Below are positions 48,144-57,524 of a stretch of DNA of 64,000 bases, one piece after another. The stretch lies in IMG/VR virus record IMGVR_UViG_3300023108_002122, one strand, 5' to 3'. Below the pieces are notes generated by a model, which was not told the origin of the DNA, did not search any database, and worked only from the letters and a program-made list of their open reading frames with translations. A program made the position numbers and the translations under genes. Numbering within the stretch: the first letter of the stretch is position 1; each line of letters starts with the position of its first letter. This stretch comes from an uncultured virus (IMG/VR IMGVR_UViG_3300023108_002122) (taxonomy: Duplodnaviria; Heunggongvirae; Uroviricota; Caudoviricetes).

Positions 48144-49097
48144 ATGGCTATTGACGCTAAAGAAAACGAAATTCTATTTGTAGAAAAATATCGTCCACAA
48201 AAGATTGACGATACAATTCTTCCAGAAAAAACAAAGAAAGCTTTTAAAAAATTTGTACAAGATGGAAGTATTCCAAACCTATTACTAACTGGTGGACCAG
48301 GTGTAGGTAAAACCACAATCGCTAAAGCAATGCTTGAAGAATTAGGTTGTGATTATATTGTAAAAAATGGTTCACTAAATGTAAATATTGATACACTGAG
48401 ATATGATATATCAACATATGCATCAGCAGTTTCTTTAACTGGTGGTCGTAAATATGTAATTTTTGATGAAGCAGATTATCTAAATGCTGCATCAGTTCAA
48501 CCTGCCCTTCGTAATTTTATTGAAGAGTATTCATCTAATTGCGGTTTTATTTTTACTTGTAACTTTAAAAATCGTATTATTCAACCATTAAGATCTCGTT
48601 TATCTGAAATTGACTTCACGATCGAAACAAAAGATCGTCCTAAATTGGCAATGGACTTCTTTAAACGTGTTAATAATATTCTCGATAATGAAAATATTGA
48701 ATACGATCAAAAAGTAGTTGCAAAAGTAATTGAAAAGCATTTCCCAGATTTTCGCCGAGTATTAACTGAGCTTCAATCATATGCTGCTTCAGGTAAAATC
48801 GATGAAGGCATCTTTGTTAATCTTAAACAAGACTCTATGGATGCATTGTTTAAGTTATTAAAAGAAAAGAATTTTACTGAAATGCGTAAATGGGTTGCAA
48901 AAAACTCTGACCAAGATATGAATGAAATGTTTAGACGTATCTATGATATGGCAACAGATAAAGTTGAAATGAGATCTATGCCTGGCTTTGTTGTAACACT
49001 CGCTGATTATATGTACAAATCTAATTTTGTTGCCGATCAAGAAGTAAACATGGTAGCATTTTTAACAGAAGTAATGTTAGAAGCTGAATATAAGTAA
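48144..49097 (+). CDS. gp44: Clamp loader ATPase subunit
   Basis: VEKYRP, GGPGVGKTT, DEAD, PLRSR. Confidence 0.95.
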   Translation: MAIDAKENEILFVEKYRPQKIDDTILPEKTKKAFKKFVQDGSIPNLLLTGGPGVGKTTIAKAMLEELGCDYIVKNGSLNVNIDTLRYDISTYASAVSLTGGRKYVIFDEADYLNAASVQPALRNFIEEYSSNCGFIFTCNFKNRIIQPLRSRLSEIDFTIETKDRPKLAMDFFKRVNNILDNENIEYDQKVVAKVIEKHFPDFRRVLTELQSYAASGKIDEGIFVNLKQDSMDALFKLLKEKNFTEMRKWVAKNSDQDMNEMFRRIYDMATDKVEMRSMPGFVVTLADYMYKSNFVADQEVNMVAFLTEVMLEAEYK

Positions 49098-49276
49098 TGG
49101 GATTATTTAGTAAAAACAAAGCAAGTTGTTTTAATTGTGGTTCTAAGTTGAAAAAAAATAAAACATACACAGTTAAAATTAACACCATCGAAGGTTTAAT
49201 GAATGTTAAAGCTTGTGAAAAATGCGGTTTAGAACTAGATGAAATAGTTAAAGAATTTGAGCAGGTAATGAAATGA
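49097..49276 (+). CDS. 59-aa zinc-ribbon protein (not in ORF track)
   Basis: MGLFSKNKASCFNCG..ACEKCG; overlaps gp44 stop and gp62 start. Confidence 0.55.
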   Translation: MGLFSKNKASCFNCGSKLKKNKTYTVKINTIEGLMNVKACEKCGLELDEIVKEFEQVMK

Positions 49277-49671
49277 GTAAAGATTATAGCCCGTTTGATT
49301 TTATGAATGCTGTATCTTTTACTAAAGAAGATCTTATTGGTAATTCTGATTTACCAGAAATGGTAGAAAAACAATATACACCTTATATGGTTAATCGTGG
49401 ATTTACTAATTTTGAAGATACGATTTTACATGCAAACGAAATGAATATGAGACATTATCTTTTTCATGATGCTCAATTTCAATATTATCGTGCAGCATTA
49501 CGTAAAAGAAAACGTTTTAGTAAATGGCCAAAAGCAGATAAAAGTATTGATTTAGATGCAATACAAGAAGTCTATCAATGTAATAGAACTGTTGCTAAAC
49601 TATATTATAAAGCATTATCTGAAAAGGATATGAAATATGTACATGATAAGCTCGTTACTGGCGGCGCATGA
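49273..49671 (+). CDS. gp62: Clamp loader small subunit
   Basis: PFDF.N..YTPYMVNR..ANEMN..RKRKRFSKW; between gp44 and regA. Confidence 0.88.
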   Translation: MSKDYSPFDFMNAVSFTKEDLIGNSDLPEMVEKQYTPYMVNRGFTNFEDTILHANEMNMRHYLFHDAQFQYYRAALRKRKRFSKWPKADKSIDLDAIQEVYQCNRTVAKLYYKALSEKDMKYVHDKLVTGGA

Positions 49672-49751
49672 GATTATTGTTTTAATAAATAATGTAAACG
49701 GTACATTCGAACCGATTGATTTTAACAATAATTATAAGGTGCTAACTTATT

Positions 49752-50156
49752 ATGCAAACGGAAGATATTTTTAAGGGAGTTGGTGTGGAAATTACATTAC
49801 CTACTCCAGACAGTTTCTTAAAAATTAAAGAAACTTTAACCAGAATTGGTATTTCTTCTCGCAAAGAAAAAACTCTCTATCAAACATGCCACATCCTTCA
49901 TAAACAAGGAAGATATTCTATTCTACATTTTAAAGAATTATTCATTTTAGATGGCAAGTTAGATACATTTTCAGAAGAAGATAGAGCAAGAAGAAATACA
50001 ATAGTGAACTTACTTGAAGAATGGGATTTACTTAAAGTTGTTGATAAAGAAGAAGCAGAAGCAGTTGTTACTCCATTAAATCAAATTAAAATACTATCCC
50101 ATAAAGAGAAAGGTGATTGGAATTTAGAAGCCAAATATAATATAGGAAAAAAATAG
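49752..50156 (+). CDS. regA: Translational repressor RegA
   Basis: FLKIKETLTRIGI..LYQTCHILHKQGRY.I.HFKELF. Confidence 0.95.
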   Translation: MQTEDIFKGVGVEITLPTPDSFLKIKETLTRIGISSRKEKTLYQTCHILHKQGRYSILHFKELFILDGKLDTFSEEDRARRNTIVNLLEEWDLLKVVDKEEAEAVVTPLNQIKILSHKEKGDWNLEAKYNIGKK

Positions 50157-50159
50157 ATC

Positions 50160-50672
50160 ATGAAAATTTATAAAGTGAATAAGGAAGCAACTCTTCCTGA
50201 ATACGCAACCGACGGTTCCGCGTGTTTCGATGTTAAAGCATGTGTCAAAAAAGGTCAAAGACTTAAATCATATAATAACTGGAATAAAGAGATGGCGATT
50301 GTTGTCAAAGGTGTTGGCAATTCTCAAGATGCATTTCAACTTCCACCAGATTGTAGATGTTTAATCCCAACAGGTTTAATTTTTGATATTCCAAAAGGCC
50401 ACGTAATGAAAATGTATATTCGTTCTGGTACTGCTCTAAAGAAAGGATTACAACTATCAAATGGTACTGGTATTATTGATTCTGATTATGTAGAAGAAAC
50501 ATACATTATGGTTACTAATGTAACTGATTCTTTAGTTACTATTGAAAATGGTGAAAGACTTGCACAATGTTTAATAGAAAAAACGTTACAAGAAGAAATT
50601 AAAGAAACTAAAACAGCTCCAAAACAAAAGACTAATAGAGATGGTGGTTTTGGAAGTACTGGAAAAAAATAG
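50160..50672 (+). CDS. dut: Trimeric dUTPase
   Basis: SACFD, RSG, GIIDSDY, GERLAQ, RDGGFGSTG. Confidence 0.92.
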   Translation: MKIYKVNKEATLPEYATDGSACFDVKACVKKGQRLKSYNNWNKEMAIVVKGVGNSQDAFQLPPDCRCLIPTGLIFDIPKGHVMKMYIRSGTALKKGLQLSNGTGIIDSDYVEETYIMVTNVTDSLVTIENGERLAQCLIEKTLQEEIKETKTAPKQKTNRDGGFGSTGKK

Positions 50673-50714
50673 TTGACAAAAGTTTAATACTGTGTTATAA
50701 TAGTATTATAAATA
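50673..50714 (+). promoter_or_regulatory. Tandem sigma70 and late promoters for hsp20
   Basis: TTGACA-N17-TATAAT (50673-50701) and TATAAATA (50707-50714). Confidence 0.7.
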
Positions 50715-50719
50715 GGATT

Positions 50720-50805
50720 ATAGGAATGCCAATTGGGTTCCTGTATTAGACGCCGAGCCTTAGGCTGGCAATTTTAAACTCGCTTAATAAAAGGAGAAAA
50801 ATATG
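50720..50805 (+). promoter_or_regulatory. ROSE-like RNA thermometer in hsp20 leader
   Basis: Three successive hairpins, the last pairing UCGCU (50780-50784) with the SD AGGAG (50792-50796). Confidence 0.6.
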
Positions 50806-51276
50806 ACACGTTCAATTACGCAAACGATGCTTAACGACCCATTCTTTATCGGCTTCGACCGAGTTGTAGATAGAATGCTTTCGGCCACACCTGGCCAATC
50901 AAACTACCCTCCATATAACATTGTCAAACTCAATGACGAAGAATATCAGATTCAAGTTGCTGTTGCAGGCTTTAATCGCGATGAAATCGATATTGAAGTT
51001 AAAGATGGTGTTCTTACAATTACTGGAGAAAAAGAAAGCGAAGATGAGACTAATTTCCTATATAAAGGAATTTCTGCACGTCAGTTCCGTCGTCGTTTTA
51101 CTCTAAATGATACAGTTGAAGTTCAAACAGCTGATCTTAGTGATGGTATTCTAACAATTGATTTAGTTAATATCATTCCAGATGCGAGAAAACCTCGTAA
51201 AATTGCGATTGGTTTAAACTCAAATGTATTAGAAGGAGAGAAAGCAGAAGCCGAACTTCTTACTGAGGAGAAATAA
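50803..51276 (+). CDS. Small heat-shock protein (Hsp20/IbpA-like)
   Basis: IGFD, NYPPYNI, AVAGF, LYKGISARQFRRRF, GILTI, KPRKI. Confidence 0.95.
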   Translation: MTRSITQTMLNDPFFIGFDRVVDRMLSATPGQSNYPPYNIVKLNDEEYQIQVAVAGFNRDEIDIEVKDGVLTITGEKESEDETNFLYKGISARQFRRRFTLNDTVEVQTADLSDGILTIDLVNIIPDARKPRKIAIGLNSNVLEGEKAEAELLTEEK

Positions 51277-51292
51277 AACACCACGTGTTTTG

Positions 51293-51316
51293 AAGGAGCC
51301 TTCGGGCTCCTTTTTT
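51293..51316 (+). terminator. Intrinsic terminator with C(UUCG)G loop
   Basis: GGAGCC-TTCG-GGCTCC-T6, typical of T4-like phages. Confidence 0.9.
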
Positions 51317-53072
51317 ATGATACGAAGCCAAATCCAGTACCAAATCCACCACCATTACCGCCATTACCGCCATTATTAACATTTGCAAAAGTACTAGTTC
51401 TGTTTCCTTCATTAACAGTTACAGGTGCTCCACTTACATTATTAATAATTGGCATGTTTATAGCAGTATTATTACCACCAGCACTTGATAGCATTTTTAT
51501 TGCTTCATTGAAGCTACTGTTATTATTACTTTGTAAATCTAATATTTGATTATCATAATCAAATTTATTCATTCCTGGCTGTGTTTTATTACCTGGAATA
51601 ATTTTTTGTATCGATCCATCAGAATTGAATTTTTGTTCTAGAAGTTCTGTATAAACTCTTCTTAAAAAGTCTTTTTGGCGCTTAGGTAATATAGCAAAGT
51701 CTTCATCATTAATTTTAATATCTTGAAATTCTTTTAAGAGCTGATTTGTTAATTGTACTGCTTGTGCTTGTACCATAGGATCTGCATTTGCTTTTAACTC
51801 TTTTAATTTATTAATAAGTGCATCTGCTTTCTCTTGATCTAAACCACCTTCTACACCAAGTTTATCTCTAATTAAAGTATTAATTTCATTTCGTAAACTT
51901 GCCATTACTGGAGCATAATCTTGATCAGCAATGATTTTATCTTTTGCTGTTTGTATAGCAGCTTCTACTTTTAATTGTGATTTCTCATCACCGTCAATTG
52001 CTTTATTAATATCATCTTGATTAATTAAATCTAGATTCATAGCTTGTTTTGTAGCATACTGAGTATTGATAGTTTTAGATACATCAGATTCCGACTTTTC
52101 TGGATCTAAACCCATAGCTTTTAAATCCGCAGTCATTTTTTCTCTTGCAGCTTTCATTGCTGCTCTTCTATCTTCCAAATATTTGTATAAAGAATAACCA
52201 ATACCTACAGCAAAACCTGCTATCGCTCCAACTAACATACCTCCGGGCCCAAACATTGCGCCTAACGCCATTCCCGAAATAGCACTATTTGCTACATTTA
52301 CAGTTGTATTAGCCCAGTCTTGATCCACTCCCAAATTTGTTAGCCAAGATTTCATATCATCGGCATACATGTATGCAAGACCCGCAACCATTAAAGCTGC
52401 ACTTCTCGTTATTCCCATTCTTAAGGTACCACCAGTAGACAATTTAGTTCCTAGTACTCCTTGAACTATACCTTTAACACCAGCAGTAATAGCAGCACTT
52501 CCAAGTATAAAGCTCATAACTCCATCTAAACCTAAAGCAGCGAAATCATTTAATACAGCACCAACTTTATCAACGGCTGTTCCAATAATTCCAAATCTTT
52601 CTTTTAATTTTGCTACTGGAATACCAAGTTCGTCTTCAAAAAACTTACTTGCACCACCATAAGCATCGAAAAAACCTTTAGCAACTAAGAATCCAGTTAC
52701 ACCTACTGCACTTATTCCTGCAAATTTTAATGCATCAGATACAATTCCTTTTACTGTAACTTTTTCTTGCTCTTTCTCTTTTTCTACCGTGTTTGAATCT
52801 TCTGCCATTTGATTAGTTGCAGCAGCGCTATTTAATTCTGCTAATTGTTCAGAAGTTCTTTGCGCTTCAAGCTGATCGGACATAATCCCAGCTTGATTTC
52901 TTAATATATTTGTCGAAGCTCTTATATTATATTCAATAGATTTAAATAATGGCGCAAATTTTTCTAACTCAATTTTTACATTACGAATTGAATTTGTTCC
53001 TGAATTTCGTATAAGATCGCCTTCAGCTCGAAGTCTGTCGATTATAGCCTGTGTGTTTTCAGAAATAGCCAT
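51315..53072 (-). CDS. Putative tape-measure / baseplate hub protein (gp29-like)
   Basis: Helical 585 aa with Gly/Ala-rich hydrophobic segments; lies after gp26/gp51. Confidence 0.55.
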   Translation of the reverse strand: MAISENTQAIIDRLRAEGDLIRNSGTNSIRNVKIELEKFAPLFKSIEYNIRASTNILRNQAGIMSDQLEAQRTSEQLAELNSAAATNQMAEDSNTVEKEKEQEKVTVKGIVSDALKFAGISAVGVTGFLVAKGFFDAYGGASKFFEDELGIPVAKLKERFGIIGTAVDKVGAVLNDFAALGLDGVMSFILGSAAITAGVKGIVQGVLGTKLSTGGTLRMGITRSAALMVAGLAYMYADDMKSWLTNLGVDQDWANTTVNVANSAISGMALGAMFGPGGMLVGAIAGFAVGIGYSLYKYLEDRRAAMKAAREKMTADLKAMGLDPEKSESDVSKTINTQYATKQAMNLDLINQDDINKAIDGDEKSQLKVEAAIQTAKDKIIADQDYAPVMASLRNEINTLIRDKLGVEGGLDQEKADALINKLKELKANADPMVQAQAVQLTNQLLKEFQDIKINDEDFAILPKRQKDFLRRVYTELLEQKFNSDGSIQKIIPGNKTQPGMNKFDYDNQILDLQSNNNSSFNEAIKMLSSAGGNNTAINMPIINNVSGAPVTVNEGNRTSTFANVNNGGNGGNGGGFGTGFGFVS

Positions 53073-53085
53073 TTAATTTTAACCT

Positions 53086-53259
53086 TTATTTTGATTTATT
53101 TTGTTCGTTCTGTTCTTTTATATATTCAATTAACATAGTAAAGTAAATATCTCTCTCATAAGGTAACATATTTTCTATATCACTTATAGAATATTTATGA
53201 TGCTGAGCCAAAGCGAATACAATTTTATAATACTCACTAAGACTTGTATGACTCAGCAC
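53086..53259 (-). CDS. gp51: Baseplate hub assembly protein gp51-like (57 aa, not in ORF track)
   Basis: LSEYYKIVFALAQHHKYSISDIENMLPYERDIYFTML; GTG overlaps gp26 stop. Confidence 0.8.
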   Translation of the reverse strand: MLSHTSLSEYYKIVFALAQHHKYSISDIENMLPYERDIYFTMLIEYIKEQNEQNKSK

Positions 53260-53963
53260 TAGATAAAAAAAGTTCGCATTCCCTCCACTACAAACGTTTT
53301 TTCATCTCCATTACTATTCGTATATTTCATTTCATGTCTTAATTTAGGCATAGTTTCAAAAAACTTTTGAATGCTTTTAATAACATTCCCGTCTAAATTA
53401 TCCATAAAACCATCAATATCTTCAGCAGAATGATCTTTAAAATAATGCACTTCATCTGCAGAAGCAATTTTATCTAAACAATTAATCATTACATTATAGT
53501 TCGTAAGAGCATCATCATCTTTATTACTTAATAATGCAAAAAATTCATTAATTGTCGGATACTTTAAATATAATACAAAATCTTCATTAACTTGTATTTC
53601 ATTTGTATGTTCATCATCATATGTTAATACTGGATCAGATTCTACATCTATACTTAGTGTAACTTCTTCTTCAGTATCCGGGTCTTTAATCGTAAATGCA
53701 ATATTATTATCTACTGATTTAGATCTTAACATTAATAAAACATACTCCAAGTCAAACATTGCTAAATCATCCACATCCATATCAATTAAGCAATTATTTA
53801 CAACTTGTTTTGCAGCAAGTACCTCTTGCTCCGGTTCTTTTGATTCTTGTGCTACCAAAAGAATTTTTTCTTCTTTAACCGTAAACGGTCTATATTTAAT
53901 TTTTTCTTGTGTTGATGGTAAAATCAACTCAAATATTGGCAAATCAATTTTTGGTAAAGCCAT
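53259..53963 (-). CDS. gp26: Baseplate hub assembly chaperone
   Basis: MALPKI..P.F...LPS....I.YRPFTVKEEKILL..FDLEY..L.LRSKSV..FFETMP..G...FF. Confidence 0.88.
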   Translation of the reverse strand: MALPKIDLPIFELILPSTQEKIKYRPFTVKEEKILLVAQESKEPEQEVLAAKQVVNNCLIDMDVDDLAMFDLEYVLLMLRSKSVDNNIAFTIKDPDTEEEVTLSIDVESDPVLTYDDEHTNEIQVNEDFVLYLKYPTINEFFALLSNKDDDALTNYNVMINCLDKIASADEVHYFKDHSAEDIDGFMDNLDGNVIKSIQKFFETMPKLRHEMKYTNSNGDEKTFVVEGMRTFFI

Positions 53964-53978
53964 AATATTAACTCCTCA

Positions 53979-54752
53979 TTATCTAGTTACTTGATTTATC
54001 TCCCTTGAAATTCTATCAACTGAATTAGTAACTCTTGTAAATTTATTTACTGCATCTTGTACACTTCTTGGTATAATATTTTGTCCAATTAATTGTCCGA
54101 CTCCTCCGATAGCGCTTATAAGTCCTAATAAGCCATTACCGCGTCCAAAAGGTGCAGTTGGTGAACCAATTTTTTCACCAGCATAATGAATTCTATCGTA
54201 TTGAAAACTTACTGGTAATACAGAAAATTGGTCATTGTTTTCCCAAGCCAAGTCTACATCTCCCATTTGTAAAGGAAATGCACCATCTAAAACAACTTCA
54301 TAATATTGGCCTGAGATATAATAGTTTGTAGAATAAGCTCTAATAATAACACGAGCTGAATACTCATCTTTATATCCTACTTCAAAAGGTAATTTACCAT
54401 CTACTTCGGCAAAATCACCACCTTCATTAGAAAAGTTGATTACATTTTGTGCCCATGAATGCATGAATGATAATACTTGATGATCAGAATCTAGCATAAA
54501 AATAGCTTGCACTGGTTCTGGATTCCAAGTCATTGGCATAACTTTTCTCATTTGTGCAACAGGTTCCCAAATTTGAGATTGGAAAACCATTCCAGGAATA
54601 GTAGCATTTTTACAAAAGAAAGTCATATCTCTAGAATTAGCTCTAGATCTAACACCAGGATAATTTACAATCTGTAATTCAAATAAAGAAGGTTTGGCTG
54701 GGCCACCAAACCAATCCATTTGTGATTTAAATTCTGATACATTAAATGCCAT
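53979..54752 (-). CDS. gp54: Tail-tube-fold protein (tube initiator gp54-like)
   Basis: GPAKPSLFE, C.NATIPG, YKDEY, AFP..MGDVDLAW..V.F.Y. Confidence 0.65.
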   Translation of the reverse strand: MAFNVSEFKSQMDWFGGPAKPSLFELQIVNYPGVRSRANSRDMTFFCKNATIPGMVFQSQIWEPVAQMRKVMPMTWNPEPVQAIFMLDSDHQVLSFMHSWAQNVINFSNEGGDFAEVDGKLPFEVGYKDEYSARVIIRAYSTNYYISGQYYEVVLDGAFPLQMGDVDLAWENNDQFSVLPVSFQYDRIHYAGEKIGSPTAPFGRGNGLLGLISAIGGVGQLIGQNIIPRSVQDAVNKFTRVTNSVDRISREINQVTR

Positions 54753-54753
54753 T

Positions 54754-55365
54754 TTATCCTCTTATAATTCTTCTAGAATCAGTATAAACTTTATTTGCCG
54801 TTGCACCAACAAATCTTTGTGATGGTAAGAATAAAGCAATATCCCATTCCGATGGTAATATATGAGCAGGTTTAGTTCTTACATGCTCACTTAAATAATG
54901 TTTAACACAAGGTTTAAATTCTTTAAACTTTGTTATACCATTTAACATTTTATAAGACGCTCTTATCCTAGTGCTTTCATCAAACCTTTTATTATTAAGA
55001 ACTGTATATAATTGATCCATCAATTTAGCTCTTAAAATAGGTGGTAAGTAATGAAAGTTTATTCCTAAAAATCCGCCCTTAGCATTATTTATTGGAAATA
55101 TTAAAGGATATCTATCATAATATGGTAAAGTTTCTTTATGTTTTGGGTCATAACCAAACATATACATATGACCTAACATAAATGTGCCTTTTCTATTAAC
55201 GCGAGATTGACTTATTGCTCTAATAGTTTTTTCTGGATCTGCTCTAGATCTACTAACGCCTTTAGCTTGTTCACGATACCATTCACGAGCTTCGGCTGTA
55301 CGAGCTGGTACTTTACCACCACGTATTCCGTCTAATAAAATATCGTCAAAAAGTTTAGAAGCCAT
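54754..55365 (-). CDS. gp2: DNA end protector
   Basis: YDPKHKETLPYYDRYPL, GINFHYLPP..R, C.KHYL..HV. Confidence 0.9.
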   Translation of the reverse strand: MASKLFDDILLDGIRGGKVPARTAEAREWYREQAKGVSRSRADPEKTIRAISQSRVNRKGTFMLGHMYMFGYDPKHKETLPYYDRYPLIFPINNAKGGFLGINFHYLPPILRAKLMDQLYTVLNNKRFDESTRIRASYKMLNGITKFKEFKPCVKHYLSEHVRTKPAHILPSEWDIALFLPSQRFVGATANKVYTDSRRIIRG

Positions 55366-55818
55366 TTATTTTATTCCTAGCTGATCTTCCGTATAAATTG
55401 CAAAATCCCATCCTCGTCCTGTGCACCAAGCTCGAGCCGCTTTCCATTTTGCTTCGTTTATTCCCCAAGTTTTAACCTCGTTTAAATACCTTCTTGAAAC
55501 CTTTCCGTTTGCAGTCTTTTTATTTCTAATATCTGGCGGTCTAGTTTGAGACTTAGGTTTGATTTCAATCATCAAAGTTCTAGGTCCTGCTGGTGTTTTC
55601 CTATGTATTACTACATCTGGAAAATACCTATGTCTTTTACCGTCAATTGGTGAGTAATATGGTATTACGTATTCCTCACTTGCCCACCAAATAACATCAG
55701 GATGAATATCTACATGCCTAAAAAATTTAAACTCCCACATTGAGCGGTAGTATATTTTAGACGGATCACCCTTATATTTGCTAGGATTTTTTGGACGAAA
55801 TCTTCCACTATAAGCCAA
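55366..55818 (-). CDS. gp4: Head completion nuclease
   Basis: PKNPSKYKGD..YRSMWE, HRYFPD, EIKP, NEAKW. Confidence 0.92.
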   Translation of the reverse strand: MAYSGRFRPKNPSKYKGDPSKIYYRSMWEFKFFRHVDIHPDVIWWASEEYVIPYYSPIDGKRHRYFPDVVIHRKTPAGPRTLMIEIKPKSQTRPPDIRNKKTANGKVSRRYLNEVKTWGINEAKWKAARAWCTGRGWDFAIYTEDQLGIK

Positions 55819-55837
55819 ATCGTTCCTCGCAATTCAA

Positions 55838-55866
55838 TATAAATAGAAATAATAATTTTATTTATA
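55838..55866. promoter_or_regulatory. Opposed late promoters between gp4 and gp48
   Basis: TATAAATA 55838-55845 (plus) and TATTTATA 55859-55866 (minus). Confidence 0.65.
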
Positions 55867-55884
55867 AGAAATAAGGGCGATCAT

Positions 55885-56886
55885 ATGGCAAGAACTAAAC
55901 GGGTTGAGTTTTATAGTAGACTAGCAGAAAAAGAAAATGCTGGTGCTATGTCTCATTTAAGATTTCCTGATAAGCCATTTCCACATACAATGTTAATGGT
56001 ATTTAAAAAATATGATTTCCAACAATATAAAAGTGGTTTTGGTTTAAACGAATCTGCGTTTGATGCTGCTGATAGAGGATCTGGGATTGGACTAAGAAGT
56101 TCTGATTCTATAGAATTGCCTTTTCCAAAACAATTAGTTGATACAAATACAATGAGACTTAATGGATATGAAAGGTCTCCAATTACAGAAAACCTTACTT
56201 TACAATTAACAAAAGATATGGGAAAGGGAGAAGCTACTATAAATCAACTACCACAATTAATACAAGCTCAAGGTGCTTCTATTGCTGGTTTAGCTCAAAG
56301 CACAAGTGGCGGTGAAGTTATGGATTCTATAAAAGGTTTTAAGGTACAAGATGTTGCAAGTGCTGCTACATATTTAGCAAGAAAATTAATTCCTGGCGAT
56401 ATTGCTAGAAGTATTAACTCAGCTACAGGACAAGTAGTTAATCCTCGTGAAACACTTGCTTTTGAAGGTGTTAACTTAAGAAATCATCAATTTAATTGGG
56501 ATTTATATCCAACTAACCAACGAGATTCAGAAAGGATTAGAGAAATAGTTGAAAAAATTAAACAAAATTCTTTACCATCTGTACAAGATTTACCAGGAAT
56601 TAGAAGAGCATTCTTAAAATATCCATCAGTTGTAGATATTTACTTATTAGGTGTTAATCAAGAATATTATATGAAATTTAAAACTTCTATGGTTACTAAC
56701 TTTACTGTTGATTATGGTGCAGGTGGTAATTTAGCAATTATAAAAGGTGGTAAACCAGCAGGTGTAAATATCGCATTACAATTATCAGAACTAGAAATTG
56801 AAAGTGCCCAAGATTATGGAGTAACTGCTCCTGATAAAGCAAAAACATTTGCTACAGGATATGATGGTGAAGGAGATACAGACTAA
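55885..56886 (+). CDS. gp48: Baseplate tail-tube cap
   Basis: I.LP.P, VNP..TLAFEGV.LR.H.F.W.LYP, F.VDY, L.LSELE. Confidence 0.8.
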   Translation: MARTKRVEFYSRLAEKENAGAMSHLRFPDKPFPHTMLMVFKKYDFQQYKSGFGLNESAFDAADRGSGIGLRSSDSIELPFPKQLVDTNTMRLNGYERSPITENLTLQLTKDMGKGEATINQLPQLIQAQGASIAGLAQSTSGGEVMDSIKGFKVQDVASAATYLARKLIPGDIARSINSATGQVVNPRETLAFEGVNLRNHQFNWDLYPTNQRDSERIREIVEKIKQNSLPSVQDLPGIRRAFLKYPSVVDIYLLGVNQEYYMKFKTSMVTNFTVDYGAGGNLAIIKGGKPAGVNIALQLSELEIESAQDYGVTAPDKAKTFATGYDGEGDTD

Positions 56887-57263
56887 TGACTAGATACTTT
56901 GAAGAATTTCCAACTGTAGAATACGAAGGACAACAAGTAAAAGATATTACTCGTAGAAATTCTTTAACTAACTTTGTATTAAATAATCCTATGCTGTATA
57001 TGCCTTATACAGTAAAAGAAGGTCAGCGTCCAGAAGATGTTGCAAGTTTTTATTATGGCTCAACAGATTATACATGGTTAGTTTATATGTCTAATAATAT
57101 CATTGATCCGTATATTCAATGGCCAATGGCGACTGCAGAATTTAATGACTATTTAATTTCAAAATATGGTGAGCAATCTGGCAAAGTTGGAGAAGAAGTT
57201 GTTGAATGGGCATTTGAGCAAAACGGTGAAAACATTGTTTATTATTATAAAGTAGTAGGATAA
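56886..57263 (+). CDS. gp53: Baseplate wedge gp53, N-terminal part
   Basis: YF..FP.V.Y, YTVKEGQRPEDVA..YYG...Y.WLV...NNIIDPY.QWP. Confidence 0.85.
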   Translation: MTRYFEEFPTVEYEGQQVKDITRRNSLTNFVLNNPMLYMPYTVKEGQRPEDVASFYYGSTDYTWLVYMSNNIIDPYIQWPMATAEFNDYLISKYGEQSGKVGEEVVEWAFEQNGENIVYYYKVVG

Positions 57264-57266
57264 AAT

Positions 57267-57524
57267 ATGGCTGTAGAAATTGTTAAATTAGCACCAGAAT
57301 CTTTTAGAACAATATATCTTCGTAAAGAAGATCGTGTTATTTTACGCACAGAACTTGGCCGTAAAATTATTGTTAAACGTATTATTCCAGACGAGTGGAT
57401 TGAATGGAGAATATACGATCAAGAAATTACCGATAATGAAAATAGAAAAGAAATTTTCTTACTCGATCGAGATTATTTAAACCAAATTAGTGACGAATTC
57501 CGCAGAAAGATAAGAAGTAGATAA
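57267..57524 (+). CDS. Probable C-terminal part of split gp53
   Basis: IYDQEITDNENRKEIFLLDRDYLNQI resembles the gp53 C-terminal Y..E...NE.KR.I.LL...Y motif; same frame as upstream part. Confidence 0.6.
   Translation: MAVEIVKLAPESFRTIYLRKEDRVILRTELGRKIIVKRIIPDEWIEWRIYDQEITDNENRKEIFLLDRDYLNQISDEFRRKIRSR

Noticed and set aside
57261..57263. Stop-codon reassignment suggested by in-frame TAA in gp53
   Set aside because: All other core genes are intact under the standard code and end in TAA, TAG or TGA
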